Notes under the pieces: generated by a model
What the model saw: only the letters and a program-made list of their open reading frames with translations
Told to the model about the DNA's origin: nothing
Database searches by the model: none
Translations under genes and position numbers: made by a program
Shown here: piece after piece, positions 8,807 to 17,807 of the stretch
Layout of the letters: every line of letters starts with the position of its first letter
Numbering within the stretch: the stretch's first letter is position 1
Source of the DNA: a virus
Taxonomy: Duplodnaviria > Caudoviricetes
Virus record (IMG/VR): IMGVR_UViG_3300014656_000055
Location: 1 to 40,128 of that record
Reading direction: 5' to 3' (one strand)
DNA length: 40,128 nt

Positions 8807-11415
8807 TACTCTACTCTCCATGTATATGAAGGATCATAACCAAATCCCATCCCCATTAATTCCATACCATCAGTTAATGTTGAAAAATCTCCGCTTATTT
8901 TAAAACTATGGATTAAATGAGGTCCCAATAAACAGTCCCATGCTTCAAAAGGGCCAGTACTCGGTGCTATGCTTTCCGGTACGGATTGATTATCAACACC
9001 ATCTACAGTTAAAACCTGATCTCCATAATGAGCGATTGTTATGTTTTCTCCGTAATCCAGAACTATTTTATTGCCTGCTTCAGTTAATAAATAATCTCCA
9101 TCGGCAACCTCTAAATAGCTCAACACTGTTCCAGTTTTAGTTTCAAACATTAACCGCATATAATTAACGGTAGTGTGTCTGAAAAAAGGAAGCTCATTAT
9201 CTAATAACATATCTTTAGTCCAGACATACTGACAAATATTAGTTCCATCCCATGTTGCACCTCTTTCAGTTCGATAGATATATCCTTCATCGGTTGCACC
9301 ATAAGAATATGTGTTTCCGATTGTATCCCTAACCTGAAACCCAACCTGAAACGGATTAGTCCCTGAAGTGTTTTCTCTATAAACTTTTGTCCATTCTTTA
9401 TATTTGAGAGAATATTCCAACTCTACATTATGAGTTGTCTGCCCTGAACCTGAAGAAACTAATAATTTATAGACATTTAGGTTGGAATCATACCATCCTA
9501 CCGAATCATCCTGCTTACTTGCCGGGATGTATAAAGAACTATTCGGATTCCAATAAACCCTTATATCTTCTGAGATTGGCACGATCGTTGCGCCATCACA
9601 CATCACAATGCCTGAATCAGATTGCCATATAGCTACATGGCGTTTAGTATCTTCAGAAACATCAGTGATTTCACACACGGTCATTGATAAAGGAGCGATA
9701 CATCCAACATTGCCTGATATCTGTTGGACTTCCCAATTAGAAGGCCCATCACCAAACACCCTGTAAGTCTCATTGGCTTTAGTAACTATTAATTGTTCAT
9801 ATCCGGTTGTTCTAAAGACATTATAAATTGTGCATGCAGCGGTAAGTTCAGTTTCATTGCCAAAGAATAAAGAACCGGAATCAGGGCCGTTCCATAAGTC
9901 TGTCGTGTTATAGACCGAATAAATAGCTTTATTTTTATGCCCTGTTTTTTCACAGAATAGAAATGCCCTTCCCTCAAAAAGTCCGGGGAATTTATAACCC
10001 TCGATATTGTCTGTGGCAGGTATCCCAGTTATATAGTAAATTTCGACCTCAACATCTAATATGACTGAATAGGAAAGTTTATAATAATAAAGCGGGAGTT
10101 CATCACCGTTTTGTTTCTGGTAAACTGTAGAAGGAGCTGAAAATGTAATTACGCCAGAACGAGCAACACTTGTTGTGCCTACCTTTGTACCGTCATTTAA
10201 TCCATCAACAGATACCCACGAATCCCCATCCCACCAGCTTGTTGTAAGAGCTGTTGCTGTGGAATTCTCTTTACCACCAGGGATTTTTATATTAAACCCC
10301 TGCATTTTATTTACAAATCCAAGCAACAAATGGTGGGTAGTATCGAGAGAATCAAGGATAGCTACATAAGATGTGGTGTCATCATTAACTTCGTCTGTAT
10401 AATCAAGATAAGTTGTGCCGTTATAAACCTTACAAGCCGAAATTACCTGTTCAGTACCATCCCATATATTTTTTATATCTTGGAAAGCCGCATCAAGGGT
10501 AATTTTGTAAATATCTGCCGTTCCTGCACTTAATGCAAATTCATACCAGTATAAAACAAGTCCTTCTAAAAACTTTGGTTCAGAAGTAGTTTCTGTGGAT
10601 GTCCATGTTACTGTATCGGTTTCAGCAAGTGAAATCCCGCCAACAGAAGTGTTGTCGGTTAAGGTTATAGCCCCCCATGAATCTCCGTCCCATTCCTTCC
10701 CTGTTAGTGTTGAAACTGTAGTGTTTGCTGAAGATATATAAATCTTCATCCCTTGAAGGGGTCTGGTCGCTCCAATAATAATGTATTTATAAGTCGAATT
10801 TACAGTCGCAACTTGGTCTGCATCGCTGCTTGTATTGTTTAATTTATTTGAAACATCTCTACCATTAGAAACGCTATTCCCTGCGGCAGCATCAGATAAA
10901 ACAACCTGGATAGGACGGTATTCATCCCCGCCCCAGACCATAGACTCAACACCGTTGCAATAAAGCACATTCCCTTGAGGAGAGGAACTAAATCTGCCTA
11001 ATCCTGCCCCTGAAGCATCTGTATGTAGGGCTGTCCCTGAATAATCCCCTGCGTTTGGAATAGCAGTAACATTATCATAGATTCGTGCAGAACCGTAATT
11101 GGTAGAATCCTGGCAATAAACTAAGATATGACTTTCGGCAGGCTGTTCTTTTGTGAAATGAAATCCGTTTCTGATATGATAATATACTGAATTGACTATA
11201 CCATTTGTTACTTTTGAATGACCTGAAACACCCTTTAGACTATTTCCGTCTTTACGAAGATTTTGTATGTCCTGAAAGCCATGCTGATTTATTAAAAGAG
11301 GATTAGAGGAAGGTTCCCATCTGCCTGTAAATGGAAAAGGATATGGCTTGAGATCAGCATAAGCCGTGCTGACTAAAATAAAGAAAAACAATAATATGGA
11401 AAGTAGTCTTTTCAT
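8806..11415 (-). CDS. tail nozzle/stabilisation protein (P22 gp10 / T7 gp12-like) with N-terminal signal peptide
   Basis: 869 aa beta-rich; QNLR..G.SL...G near the N-terminus, 'ISGNVGCIAPLS...W.S..GI...DG..I..ISE.I' propeller motif; between adaptor and ejection genes; MKRLLSILLFFFILVSTAYA|D. Confidence 0.75.
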   Translation of the reverse strand: MKRLLSILLFFFILVSTAYADLKPYPFPFTGRWEPSSNPLLINQHGFQDIQNLRKDGNSLKGVSGHSKVTNGIVNSVYYHIRNGFHFTKEQPAESHILVYCQDSTNYGSARIYDNVTAIPNAGDYSGTALHTDASGAGLGRFSSSPQGNVLYCNGVESMVWGGDEYRPIQVVLSDAAAGNSVSNGRDVSNKLNNTSSDADQVATVNSTYKYIIIGATRPLQGMKIYISSANTTVSTLTGKEWDGDSWGAITLTDNTSVGGISLAETDTVTWTSTETTSEPKFLEGLVLYWYEFALSAGTADIYKITLDAAFQDIKNIWDGTEQVISACKVYNGTTYLDYTDEVNDDTTSYVAILDSLDTTHHLLLGFVNKMQGFNIKIPGGKENSTATALTTSWWDGDSWVSVDGLNDGTKVGTTSVARSGVITFSAPSTVYQKQNGDELPLYYYKLSYSVILDVEVEIYYITGIPATDNIEGYKFPGLFEGRAFLFCEKTGHKNKAIYSVYNTTDLWNGPDSGSLFFGNETELTAACTIYNVFRTTGYEQLIVTKANETYRVFGDGPSNWEVQQISGNVGCIAPLSMTVCEITDVSEDTKRHVAIWQSDSGIVMCDGATIVPISEDIRVYWNPNSSLYIPASKQDDSVGWYDSNLNVYKLLVSSGSGQTTHNVELEYSLKYKEWTKVYRENTSGTNPFQVGFQVRDTIGNTYSYGATDEGYIYRTERGATWDGTNICQYVWTKDMLLDNELPFFRHTTVNYMRLMFETKTGTVLSYLEVADGDYLLTEAGNKIVLDYGENITIAHYGDQVLTVDGVDNQSVPESIAPSTGPFEAWDCLLGPHLIHSFKISGDFSTLTDGMELMGMGFGYDPSYTWRVE

Positions 11416-11417
11416 TA

Positions 11418-12326
11418 TTATAACATAAACGGAACTTCCCTAAATGATACGTCATTATCGCAATAATATTTCCGATTAAACTCTTTCAGTTGATTTAATT
11501 GCGCTGTATAAATACCAGGCCATATAATTTGATTTTCTACCTGAACATTGTTTTCAATAAGTCTTGTTATAGTTCCCGCTATAATAGAATGATGAAATTG
11601 TGGAGGAAGCAAGGGAATGTCTGCGTCTGCGATTAATTTACTACCTCGCAAAAGATACCAGTATTGAAGTCTATATGCGGCATCAGCACCCAAGAACCAT
11701 AATATTTTATTAGTCTCTACACCGGCGGTTGTGAAGTGTTTTGTATGCATAAACCTTGTAGGTCTTGCGGTGTTTTCATTCCAGTATTTGTTATATTTCT
11801 GAAGTTCCTCTCTGGTAATGACATCCATAGGCTTCTCGTCAAGCCATTGCGCCTGTAAGACACTTTGTATAGATAGTGTAGGTGTTACGCCCCTATGATG
11901 GACTGTACCCCCTGAAGACCAAGCCGTGTATCCCGCACCGACTATATCTGTTCCATCAAGGTCTTGAAGTTCAAAAATGTTAGTCGTTTCGTCATCTACT
12001 TTAAAAAACCTATTATTAACTTCAGTCATTCCCACTACACTATGAAGTGAAATAATATCACCATCAACAAAACCATGCGCCGCCGCCGTAACTACTGGAG
12101 GGCTTGCCGCCGTGATTCCTGTGATAGTGGCAGGATCTTTTGACACTAAAGAATCATCAAATTTAATTAACCAGTATAAAGGGTAAAGATCATCTATGAC
12201 TAAGATTTCATTAAGATAAACCATGTTTATCATCATCTTAATTAAATCCTCTTTTGAGCCTTTCCCCCCTTTAACAGCTCTTTCAACTTCTGCGATTATA
12301 TTTGCAAATGTAAGATAATCAGCCAT
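11418..12326 (-). CDS. head-tail adaptor with inserted E1-FCCH-like beta domain
   Basis: T...II.EV N-terminal helix, C-terminal D.PLLPPQFH..I..G adaptor motif; insert ITGITAASPPVVTAAAHGF.DGD.I....VVGMTEVN. Confidence 0.72.
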   Translation of the reverse strand: MADYLTFANIIAEVERAVKGGKGSKEDLIKMMINMVYLNEILVIDDLYPLYWLIKFDDSLVSKDPATITGITAASPPVVTAAAHGFVDGDIISLHSVVGMTEVNNRFFKVDDETTNIFELQDLDGTDIVGAGYTAWSSGGTVHHRGVTPTLSIQSVLQAQWLDEKPMDVITREELQKYNKYWNENTARPTRFMHTKHFTTAGVETNKILWFLGADAAYRLQYWYLLRGSKLIADADIPLLPPQFHHSIIAGTITRLIENNVQVENQIIWPGIYTAQLNQLKEFNRKYYCDNDVSFREVPFML

Positions 12327-12332
12327 AGGTTA

Positions 12333-12782
12333 TTAACTCCAATATTTTACTTCAGCTTGTTTTCGTGCTTCAATAGCACCTTCTATGTTATTAAATATTC
12401 CAAGATATATGTTTTTGCTATAAATATAAATTTGAGCTCGATATTTATTAAGGTGGTTATTCCAACAAACCCCTCTATATCCTGTAGTATTTCCATTGCA
12501 TGGCCGTTTGTTTCGGTTTTGCTTTGTTCGAGTAACCCATCGGCAATTAGAAGGTTCATAATTTCCATTATTATCTGTTCTTTCTATTGTAAGACCTTTA
12601 GGTCTTTTCCCCATATCTGCATAAAATGTTTCAAAGGAATTAACCCAATCTTTACACATAATAATTCCTCTACCACAATAATTAAAAAAAGAGGGGTTGT
12701 TGGGATTACTACATCGCCTTTTTATGCTTTGCCAACAGAAATATTCTGATGTTCTGCTCATTCCATGAGTTGTTTTACCCAT
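12333..12782 (-). CDS. HNH-AP2 homing-type endonuclease
   Basis: W..IKRRC.NPN...Y.GRGI, TIERTDNNGNYEPSNCRW...QNRN, and an AP2 domain GYRGV.W....KYRAQI......YLG.F. Confidence 0.9.
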   Translation of the reverse strand: MGKTTHGMSRTSEYFCWQSIKRRCSNPNNPSFFNYCGRGIIMCKDWVNSFETFYADMGKRPKGLTIERTDNNGNYEPSNCRWVTRTKQNRNKRPCNGNTTGYRGVCWNNHLNKYRAQIYIYSKNIYLGIFNNIEGAIEARKQAEVKYWS

Positions 12783-13342
12783 TATTTTATCTCCATTAAC
12801 TTTTTCATCTTATCTTTGTATTCTTTTATAACTTTAGGTGTGTGAAGTTTTTCTGCAAGTGCCTTTGATATTATATCGTTACCGGTTGGGTCTTGTCCTG
12901 GCATTATCCATGAGCGATGATATTTCTTTGAAATGATCTCTCCGTTCTCGTAAATCCTTGTTATACGCCGTACTGAAATCCTCCCCAAATCATCAACCAT
13001 CCTGTCATGTGATATTATTTCCTCTAACCCTACTCCGGTTGGTTCTTTTTTCTCTATTGCAAAATCGGTCATCACGTTGGGTGTTAAGGCTTCAGCAATT
13101 TCTTTTGACCGAAGATCAAATCCTTCCATTTTGGAAATGTCTTTGGGTGAATATGGAAAACTTTTCACTTCGCTCTGTACTTTACCGTCTTTTACTATTT
13201 GCGTAATTCTATAAACTTGCAACTCCCCGTTTTCAGAAATCCCGTGCTTATATTTTACTTGCTTTAATAAGTCTGCATGTACGGGTATCGCAAAGAGTAA
13301 AAACAACACACATACTACGCTATAATAAAATCGTTTTCTCAT
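12782..13342 (-). CDS. tail-fibre-associated protein (internal duplication) with signal peptide
   Basis: Two copies of the 'G.lqVr..T.I.+dG..iS..yHR..i.PG.D...' unit often encoded beside DDYEEG-type fibres; MRKRFYYSVVCVLFLLFAIPVHA|D. Confidence 0.65.
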   Translation of the reverse strand: MRKRFYYSVVCVLFLLFAIPVHADLLKQVKYKHGISENGELQVYRITQIVKDGKVQSEVKSFPYSPKDISKMEGFDLRSKEIAEALTPNVMTDFAIEKKEPTGVGLEEIISHDRMVDDLGRISVRRITRIYENGEIISKKYHRSWIMPGQDPTGNDIISKALAEKLHTPKVIKEYKDKMKKLMEIK

Positions 13343-13448
13343 AATTATATCCTCTTTATATATTTAGTAACTATCCTTAATTGCAGATTGCCAAGTTCGG
13401 TTATCGAATGGTGGAATTTAGTTTGTTTTTGCATTATATCTCCTTAAA

Positions 13449-14531
13449 TTATATAAAATAAGTTAGCGAAACGCTTAATTGAGAACCATTTGCAAAGTTA
13501 GTATCAGCTAAGTTTGTATTTACCCCTGCCTCAGTAATTTCTCCAAAAACAAGTGAGGTAGAGTTAGTAGTGCCATAACAATTAAAAGCATTAGCAAAAG
13601 TAATAGCATCTGCCCAAACAGATACAACAGGTTGCGCTCCGGCGGCACTATTAATTGTAAAAGGTATTGCCTCTAATGTAGCAGCCCCCACTGAAGTTCC
13701 TTTTGATGTTAGCCCTAAATAACTTGTTAAACACACGATCCTTCCGTTTTTTGTATATTCGCCTAGTTGAGTGCCATAGGTTATACCAACCTTTGCCCCT
13801 CCAAACTGTAAATCAGGCGTAAATGTTCCTTCCTCATAATCATCCAGCGTATTAGGATCTGCACTTGGTACTGCTGTGGCAGGAAAGGCTATTTGACCGC
13901 CTGTGAGATTGATTGTGTTTCTCCATTCAGGAGCAGTTGCCCCTGAATTCATGGTAAGAATTTTACCAGCAGTTCCTTTGGCGAGTGTAGAAAATTTCTT
14001 ATCAGCATCTAAATAAAATATATCCCCGGCGGTATAAGTTGAACCTCCGGTTGCCCACCAGTTATTATAAGCTATTCCATTACCGCTGAAAGCAACTGTC
14101 CCTGAACCTGAAAATATTTGATATGCCCCTGCAAGAATAGAGCCATTGATTGTTAAGATTTTACCAGAAGATACCGCCAAATCTCCACCACGATTGATAA
14201 ATAACTGCATTGTAGTGGGGATTGAAAGATTGTCGGTAACAGTTTGTGCATCAGTAATTAATAAAGTAACCTCAGTTGACCCAAAGGAAGCTACAGCCGC
14301 TGTTAAACCACCGTAAAGATTGACGTTTTTAATATCTTCGAGGTAAGTATAATCAACCCTTTTAGTACTTCCGGTAGATGAATCATAAATAACTAATTTA
14401 TCATCACTTGCAGGCTTGGCAGCTAAATCGGTTAATTCGCTTATTTTCTGATCTGCTCCGTAAGAAGGAGTTGCTAACCCTATCTGAAAACATAAAAACA
14501 AGGCTATTAAAAATGATATATATTTACGCAT
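13449..14531 (-). CDS. tail fibre/spike protein with signal peptide
   Basis: KISELT...PAS.D...I.D.S...TK head motif; C-terminal ANTLDDYEEGTFTP-like...YTK.GR.V fibre-tip domain; basic-hydrophobic N-terminus ending ATPSYG|A. Confidence 0.75.
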   Translation of the reverse strand: MRKYISFLIALFLCFQIGLATPSYGADQKISELTDLAAKPASDDKLVIYDSSTGSTKRVDYTYLEDIKNVNLYGGLTAAVASFGSTEVTLLITDAQTVTDNLSIPTTMQLFINRGGDLAVSSGKILTINGSILAGAYQIFSGSGTVAFSGNGIAYNNWWATGGSTYTAGDIFYLDADKKFSTLAKGTAGKILTMNSGATAPEWRNTINLTGGQIAFPATAVPSADPNTLDDYEEGTFTPDLQFGGAKVGITYGTQLGEYTKNGRIVCLTSYLGLTSKGTSVGAATLEAIPFTINSAAGAQPVVSVWADAITFANAFNCYGTTNSTSLVFGEITEAGVNTNLADTNFANGSQLSVSLTYFI

Positions 14532-15585
14532 GACAAACCTCTCTTTGGATTAAAGCCATTATAATTATTATTAAAAATACCGAAGGTGCTAAGTGTAGTG
14601 GATAATTCCCAAGCATATTTACACAGGCAATAACAAACGCCGAAAAAAGCATGCGGTTTCCTCTATGAATAGTCATAGCAAATCCTGTTATTAAAGATAA
14701 CCCTATAAGACCATATTGATAGAGTATTGTAAGCCACTCATTATGAAGTGGGTGTGATTTGCCCCATGAAGCACCTGACCCGAAACCAAAAATTATCTTC
14801 GCAGGAGAATCAAATTGTCTAATAGTTTCCATCCAAAACCCAAATCTCGGTGATTTGCCACTAATAATGAGTTTTATTGTTCCATCGTAATACCCAAATC
14901 CTATTCCTGCGACAAGTCCGCTTGCCCATATCCACCACTTATTAAAAAAGATCATCGTTCCTATAATAGCAGGGATTACCGCTGCTGATGACCCTGAAAT
15001 AAATAAAAGAAAAGTTATTATTGGAATAAACCAACACCATGAAAGTTTATAGTATGGCTTTCTTATTCTAAAGAAAAACGGCAATGAAATCGCAAGATAG
15101 GCAGCCAAGAAATTATTGTTACCTAATGTTCCTATAATTGCTTTTTCTGGTAATTTATGGGAAACTCCAATGTTTTGTGAAAGCAAATATAAAACAGGAT
15201 CAAATCCACATAACTGAAATAAAGCTAACGTAGCTTGAATTATTGCCCCTATGCAAATAAGGTTATAGTATGATTCTTTTTTCAAATTACTCTTGATAAC
15301 AGCAAGATACAAAATAGCACTTGCAGTAAAAAACCAAATCATACCAAACGACATTCCCGCAGGATGAACATAGGCAGGATCACTAACAGCCTTAATCAAT
15401 AGAAATAAAGTCCACGCTGAAGCATAAACTAAAAACCCTCTGAGAAATAAATTCTTTATCTGGAAGGCGAGGACTACTAAAGCTGTGATTAAAAAAGCGT
15501 ACTTGTGCCCTATATGCAAGACCCCAACGGAAAGGAATCCAAAGGGCACAAGCAAATACGCCATTTGTAAAACACGATCTTTCAT
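14524..15585 (-). CDS. O-antigen ligase / O-oligosaccharyltransferase family (Wzy_C) membrane protein
   Basis: About 10-12 hydrophobic segments; GTLGNNNFLAAYL, R..FW...I......IFGFG.G and HPLHNEWL..L...GLIG signature motifs. Confidence 0.85.
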   Translation of the reverse strand: MKDRVLQMAYLLVPFGFLSVGVLHIGHKYAFLITALVVLAFQIKNLFLRGFLVYASAWTLFLLIKAVSDPAYVHPAGMSFGMIWFFTASAILYLAVIKSNLKKESYYNLICIGAIIQATLALFQLCGFDPVLYLLSQNIGVSHKLPEKAIIGTLGNNNFLAAYLAISLPFFFRIRKPYYKLSWCWFIPIITFLLFISGSSAAVIPAIIGTMIFFNKWWIWASGLVAGIGFGYYDGTIKLIISGKSPRFGFWMETIRQFDSPAKIIFGFGSGASWGKSHPLHNEWLTILYQYGLIGLSLITGFAMTIHRGNRMLFSAFVIACVNMLGNYPLHLAPSVFLIIIIMALIQREVCHA

Positions 15586-16415
15586 CTAATTCTGGTAAAC
15601 CAATAATGAATCATTACAACGCCGGTAGAATTACCAGTAGAATCTCCGGCATAGCAAAGAGTCTGCTCGTCTGTGCTATCAATCGCATAGCCAACTGGTT
15701 CAATATCAGTCCCATCGTCAAGTAAGTCTCCAACCGTGGTTATAGTATTATCAACAAATCCCGCAGTTGTGAGGTCTATGCCGTCAATAAAACCATCTAC
15801 ATCACCGGAAACCGAGGTGTCAATACCGACATCAATATTGCAAAGTGCTCCGGTATCTACGGTAATAATTTCCGCTGTTACTGCCCGGACTATCGTATCG
15901 TAAGCAAAATCAACTTCGGTATCGACTTCTGTAGTGCTCACAATCACCGCTGAACGATATGCCCCGTGGTGCTCAACCCCAGGTCTGGCATCAATAACTA
16001 CTGAATGAGTATATTTGTCAAAATTCTCAACAAACGCCATGAACCCGCCATCTTGCATCACAACAAACAGATCAACATATCTGTCATTAGTTGAATCTGT
16101 AGGGTCAACACTAAACGCTATCCTGTCATTGCAAACCGTAGCACTTTCAAAATTGGCCACAGATACAGGGTTAGTTAGTGAAGTGTTGGCTGAATCGTCA
16201 AATTCATATAGTGTTTCCAGCGTATCTGAACCTTCTGCCTGCACCCAAAATCTTACACTATCTGCTAATCGAGTAAGAACCAAAGTGCCATCAGCATTCA
16301 TCCCGCCTTCCCACTTGTAAACATACGCCCACATATCTTGCTGTACTGCCTGAGCAGGGATTGCAAAGACAAATACAGCTAAGAGGGCGATTATAAAATT
16401 CCTGAATTTATGCAT
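15582..16415 (-). CDS. capsid decoration/cement-like protein with signal peptide
   Basis: C-terminal 'IDVG....GDVDGFIDGIDL..AG' jelly-roll cement-like motif; downstream of the capsid gene; MHKFRNFIIALLAVFVFAIPAQA|V. Confidence 0.6.
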   Translation of the reverse strand: MHKFRNFIIALLAVFVFAIPAQAVQQDMWAYVYKWEGGMNADGTLVLTRLADSVRFWVQAEGSDTLETLYEFDDSANTSLTNPVSVANFESATVCNDRIAFSVDPTDSTNDRYVDLFVVMQDGGFMAFVENFDKYTHSVVIDARPGVEHHGAYRSAVIVSTTEVDTEVDFAYDTIVRAVTAEIITVDTGALCNIDVGIDTSVSGDVDGFIDGIDLTTAGFVDNTITTVGDLLDDGTDIEPVGYAIDSTDEQTLCYAGDSTGNSTGVVMIHYWFTRIR

Positions 16416-16424
16416 ATTATCCTC

Positions 16425-17072
16425 CTAAATATCTGTTCTATCATTACCTGTTACATCATCCTGCGAATTAGCCACTTTCAAAAGAATTGTAGCCGTGTAC
16501 CACAGGGCTTTGTAAGTTGTGTCGGTAACCGTTCCGTCAGCGTCAAGTTTGGTAAGTAAAACATCCCATGCCTTGACTATGTTATACAGAAGATCAACCA
16601 ACTCTTTTTGATTAAATACACCTCCTGGCCTGAAATAAAACGTTGTTCCGTTTCCTAAAGAATTACCATCCTGATTCTCGATTATACCAAGAAAATATGC
16701 TGTATAAACGAGCGACTCATAATCAGAACCCGTAAGGGCATCAGCATCTAACTGCTCTGTAAGTGTCTCAATCGCATTGAAATAATTATAGAGCCACTCA
16801 AGAAAAGCCGCATCATCAATACCACCAGGACTTACTTCCCTAAAGAGATGTTCAGCCGCATATTGGCCTCGTCTGTTTCCTGCACAGTCTTCGATAATTG
16901 TATTTATTATCGCTGTGTAGCAATTAGCCAGATACGTTGTAAGTGGTACTCCGGCATCAGCATCCAGTTTAGTACAGACTCCCTCTAATGAATAGGTTAG
17001 CATCCCTAACAGGTTGACTAATTCTTTTTGGTTCAGACCGCTTGGCTTTATATCTGAATGAACATCAACCAT
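16425..17072 (-). CDS. putative virion protein made of three ~70-aa repeats
   Basis: Three units, each with P.G...L..LL...(K/Q)LDAD......Y....YTA. Confidence 0.65.
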   Translation of the reverse strand: MVDVHSDIKPSGLNQKELVNLLGMLTYSLEGVCTKLDADAGVPLTTYLANCYTAIINTIIEDCAGNRRGQYAAEHLFREVSPGGIDDAAFLEWLYNYFNAIETLTEQLDADALTGSDYESLVYTAYFLGIIENQDGNSLGNGTTFYFRPGGVFNQKELVDLLYNIVKAWDVLLTKLDADGTVTDTTYKALWYTATILLKVANSQDDVTGNDRTDI

Positions 17073-17707
17073 TATACCTCCTCATCGCCTTTTGCTTCAT
17101 AGAATTTATCGGCGGCCTTTTCAGACTTTGTTTGCTGATAGTAAAATGACGCAAAGACTTTTCTTAAGCGTTCTTTTTGTTTAACGTCTAAGAGTAAGTA
17201 TCTTGGGTCAACTTCTATCGGCCTGTTTTCCTGTTTAGTATTTATTTTGTAAACAATTTGAGAACGAGCACGATGATCTGCAACAATCGCATATCTGAGA
17301 TTACCGTTTGCCGTGACAAGAATATTATCAAAAACAACATCATTGTTATTACCCATGCTGTCCACGACTGTCCGGTTATGAGCAGTTTTAATATCAACCA
17401 TTATCTCCTCACCGGATTTTTGCTTAATCGTTATATTCTTGCCTGAAGGGTCTTGAGGCACAAAAAAGGAAGGGGCAAGAACAACAATAAAGGATTTTTT
17501 GGTAATTATATCTACCATTTTGCCCTTTACTTTACGTTCCCCTAACTTTATATCCTCCATTGGATACCCTTCAAACGGACTTGCCTGTATTGCTGCTGAA
17601 GGTGGTATTGCTTTAAAATCTTCAAACGTTAATAGCGAAGCATCAAGCAACTTACCGTCTTCTTCATCTTTCTCGTTTCCTGTATCTACCGGATCAATCT
17701 TTTTCAT
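17072..17707 (-). CDS. hypothetical protein
   Basis: 211 aa in the late operon; its stop overlaps the next start. Confidence 0.6.
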   Translation of the reverse strand: MKKIDPVDTGNEKDEEDGKLLDASLLTFEDFKAIPPSAAIQASPFEGYPMEDIKLGERKVKGKMVDIITKKSFIVVLAPSFFVPQDPSGKNITIKQKSGEEIMVDIKTAHNRTVVDSMGNNNDVVFDNILVTANGNLRYAIVADHRARSQIVYKINTKQENRPIEVDPRYLLLDVKQKERLRKVFASFYYQQTKSEKAADKFYEAKGDEEV

Positions 17708-17807
17708 TTTCCCAACTCCTTATTCCCGTTATAAATGGGGCGGAAGGACTGACGGGAGTTCAATCTTTTCGCTTTATGCAGCCAGCACAAAACTATCCGT
17801 CCCCAAA

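Noticed and set aside
13343-13448. RBS plus ATG after the fibre gene
   Set aside because: Only five codons (MQKTN); possibly a gene remnant but unsupported
13449-14531. Diversity-generating retroelement target at the fibre tip
   Set aside because: No reverse transcriptase and no template-repeat copy seen in the window
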